A stretch of 64,000 nt of DNA. It comes from Chiloscyllium plagiosum. Taxonomy: Eukaryota. The DNA lies in NCBI RefSeq assembly GCF_004010195.1, contig NC_057719.1, forward strand, positions 11,479,047 through 11,543,046, read 5' to 3'. The notes below the pieces were generated by a model. That model searched no databases. It had not been told where the DNA came from and saw only the letters and a list, made by a program, of their open reading frames with translations. The translations under genes and the position numbers were made by a program. Position 1 is the first letter of the stretch; each line of letters starts with the position of its first letter. Shown here piece after piece: positions 62,215-64,000 of this stretch.

Positions 62215-62445
62215 CTAGATCATAGGCAATCAAATCTGCACTGTCCCTCCGAGCAGCATCCCACCCAATCCCCACATGGGGCTTTGCCCCACAGCCAATC
62301 CTACGCATCTTTGGGAGTGGAAACCGGAGCACCAGGCACAAGGATAATGTGCAAACTCCACACAGTCACCCAAGGCCGGAATTGTATCCAGGTTCCTGGT
62401 GCTGTGAGGCAGCAGTGCTAACCACCAAGCCACCGTGCTGCCCTA
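62215..62445 (-). mobile_element. HE1-type V-SINE
   Basis: atgtgcaaactccacacagtcacc...gtgaggcagcagtgctaaccacc. Confidence 0.85.
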
Positions 62446-63396
62446 AATCAGCTGGGGATGGTCATTAGAAGGCCCGGGAACTCTCAGCTAGCCTTGGAGG
62501 TGAACTTCTTACCGTTCTTTCACAATCAAGTAATGATGAACCTCAGCTCCAGCTGGGGACATGAAGGTTTTTCGAGAAGGCACAATTTGACAAAGTAGTT
62601 CCAGGAGTGGGGAACTTCAATTATGGTGACAGATTGGAAGCTGGGAGTTTTTTTCTGTCAAGAGAAAATTGAAAGGAGATTTGATTGAAGTGGTAGAAGT
62701 TGTGAGGGGTCTGGACAGAGACGTTAGAAAGAAACTGTTCTTTCCTATTGGAATTGAAAAGAATACCAAGGTCAAGTGAATGCCAAGACAGCCAACATGC
62801 TTGGCATGGATGTGAGGAGATGGATAATATTCCTTTTGAGATGTAACCATTCTATAATTCCCCTGTGTACATGAGTCAGCCAAAAAGAAAGAGCTTGCAG
62901 TGTGTTCACTCTTTACTGGAGAATTGCTATATTCAGGCTACTACATTGATGTTACACACTGGATTGCAATTTGTGGAGTTCAATTATTCTGTGTACAATT
63001 ACATGATTCATAGAATCATAGAGTTCCTACAATGTGGAAGCAGGCTATTCAGCCCATCGAGTCCACACTGCCCCTCCAAAGAGCATTCCACCCAGGCCCA
63101 CCCTATTCCTCTAAACCTGCATTCCTCATGTCTAATCCACCTAGCCTGCACATCCTGGACACTATGGATGATTTAGCATGGCCAATCCACTTTACAATTG
63201 ATGTGGACTGTGCTTTATTAGTTAAGCCTAAGTATGGAGTCAGTAAAGTAAACAAAGCTGTGAAAGGGCTGGGAGCCCAAGCTAAAAGCATGGAGTAAAT
63301 GTTTTAAAGCATTAGGAGTAAAGTTCCTCCACACATAGAAACTGCTGTGTCAGGTCTGCAGAGACATAGCATATGCACCAAAGTGGATGATGCAGA

Positions 63397-63735
63397 AATC
63401 ATAGAATCCCTTCAGTGTGGAAACAGGCCATTTGACCCAACAAGTCCACACCGACCCTCTGAACAGTATCCCATTTAGACCCATTCCCCTCCTCTATAAC
63501 TCTACATTTCCACTGACTAATGTACCTAGCCTATACACCACTGAACACTATGGGCAATTTAACACGGCCAATTCACCTGATCCACACATCTTTGGGAGGA
63601 AACTGGAGCATCCAGAGGAAACCCACGCAGACACGGGGAGAATGTGCAAACTCCACACAGACAGTCACCCGTAACTGGAATCGAACCCGGACCCCTGACA
63701 CTGTGAGGCAGCAGTGCTAACCACTGAGCCATCGT
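63397..63735 (-). mobile_element. HE1-type V-SINE (a partial copy also lies at 63010-63195)
   Basis: V-domain and CR1-like tail on the minus strand. Confidence 0.9.
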
Positions 63736-64000
63736 CTATTGACTCCTTTCGTTATTCATTCATGGGATGAGGGCACCTCTGGTCAGCATTTATTGCCATC
63801 CCAGAGGGCAGTTTAAGAGACAGTTAAGCTGTGGAACTGAAGTCACATGTAGGCCAGACCAAGTAAAGACAGCAGTTTCTTTTCCTAAAGCACATTAGTG
63901 AATCAGATGGGATTTTCCCAACAGTCAACAATGGATTCATAGTCTTCATTCAAGTCTTAATTCCAGATTTTTATTGATTTCAAATTCCACCATCTGCCAT

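Overview
This is eukaryotic, repeat-rich vertebrate DNA. The HE1/V-SINE, HER1-like CR1 and DeuSINE content points to a shark or other elasmobranch (inference). The only recognisable host gene is the 3' part of ALKBH1 on the + strand: four coding exons at 5619-5781, 14159-14249, 17523-17716 and 20029-20473, followed by a ~0.95 kb 3'UTR with AATAAA at 21410. The rest is introns and ~42 kb of downstream sequence filled with CR1-group, Rex1/Babar and Tx1 LINEs, several SINE families, a decayed Gypsy LTR element, solo LTRs and a Penelope-like element (PLE). The main highlight is a dispersed family of 100-210 bp PLE-derived insertions with 9-25 bp target-site duplications (TSDs). Most carry a minimal type-I hammerhead ribozyme motif, and several are near-perfect palindromes or lie in ALKBH1 introns. 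One copy starts almost exactly at the predicted cleavage site and one has a compensatory stem change. A second, older hammerhead-bearing repeat family is also present. Other highlights are a 15-bp hairpin-flanked segment found in opposite orientations among LTR copies of one family, a templated 23-nt capture at an insertion junction, and putative non-autonomous partners of the Rex1 LINE. Repeat-family names come from recognising motifs by eye, not from database searches, and repeat boundaries are approximate.
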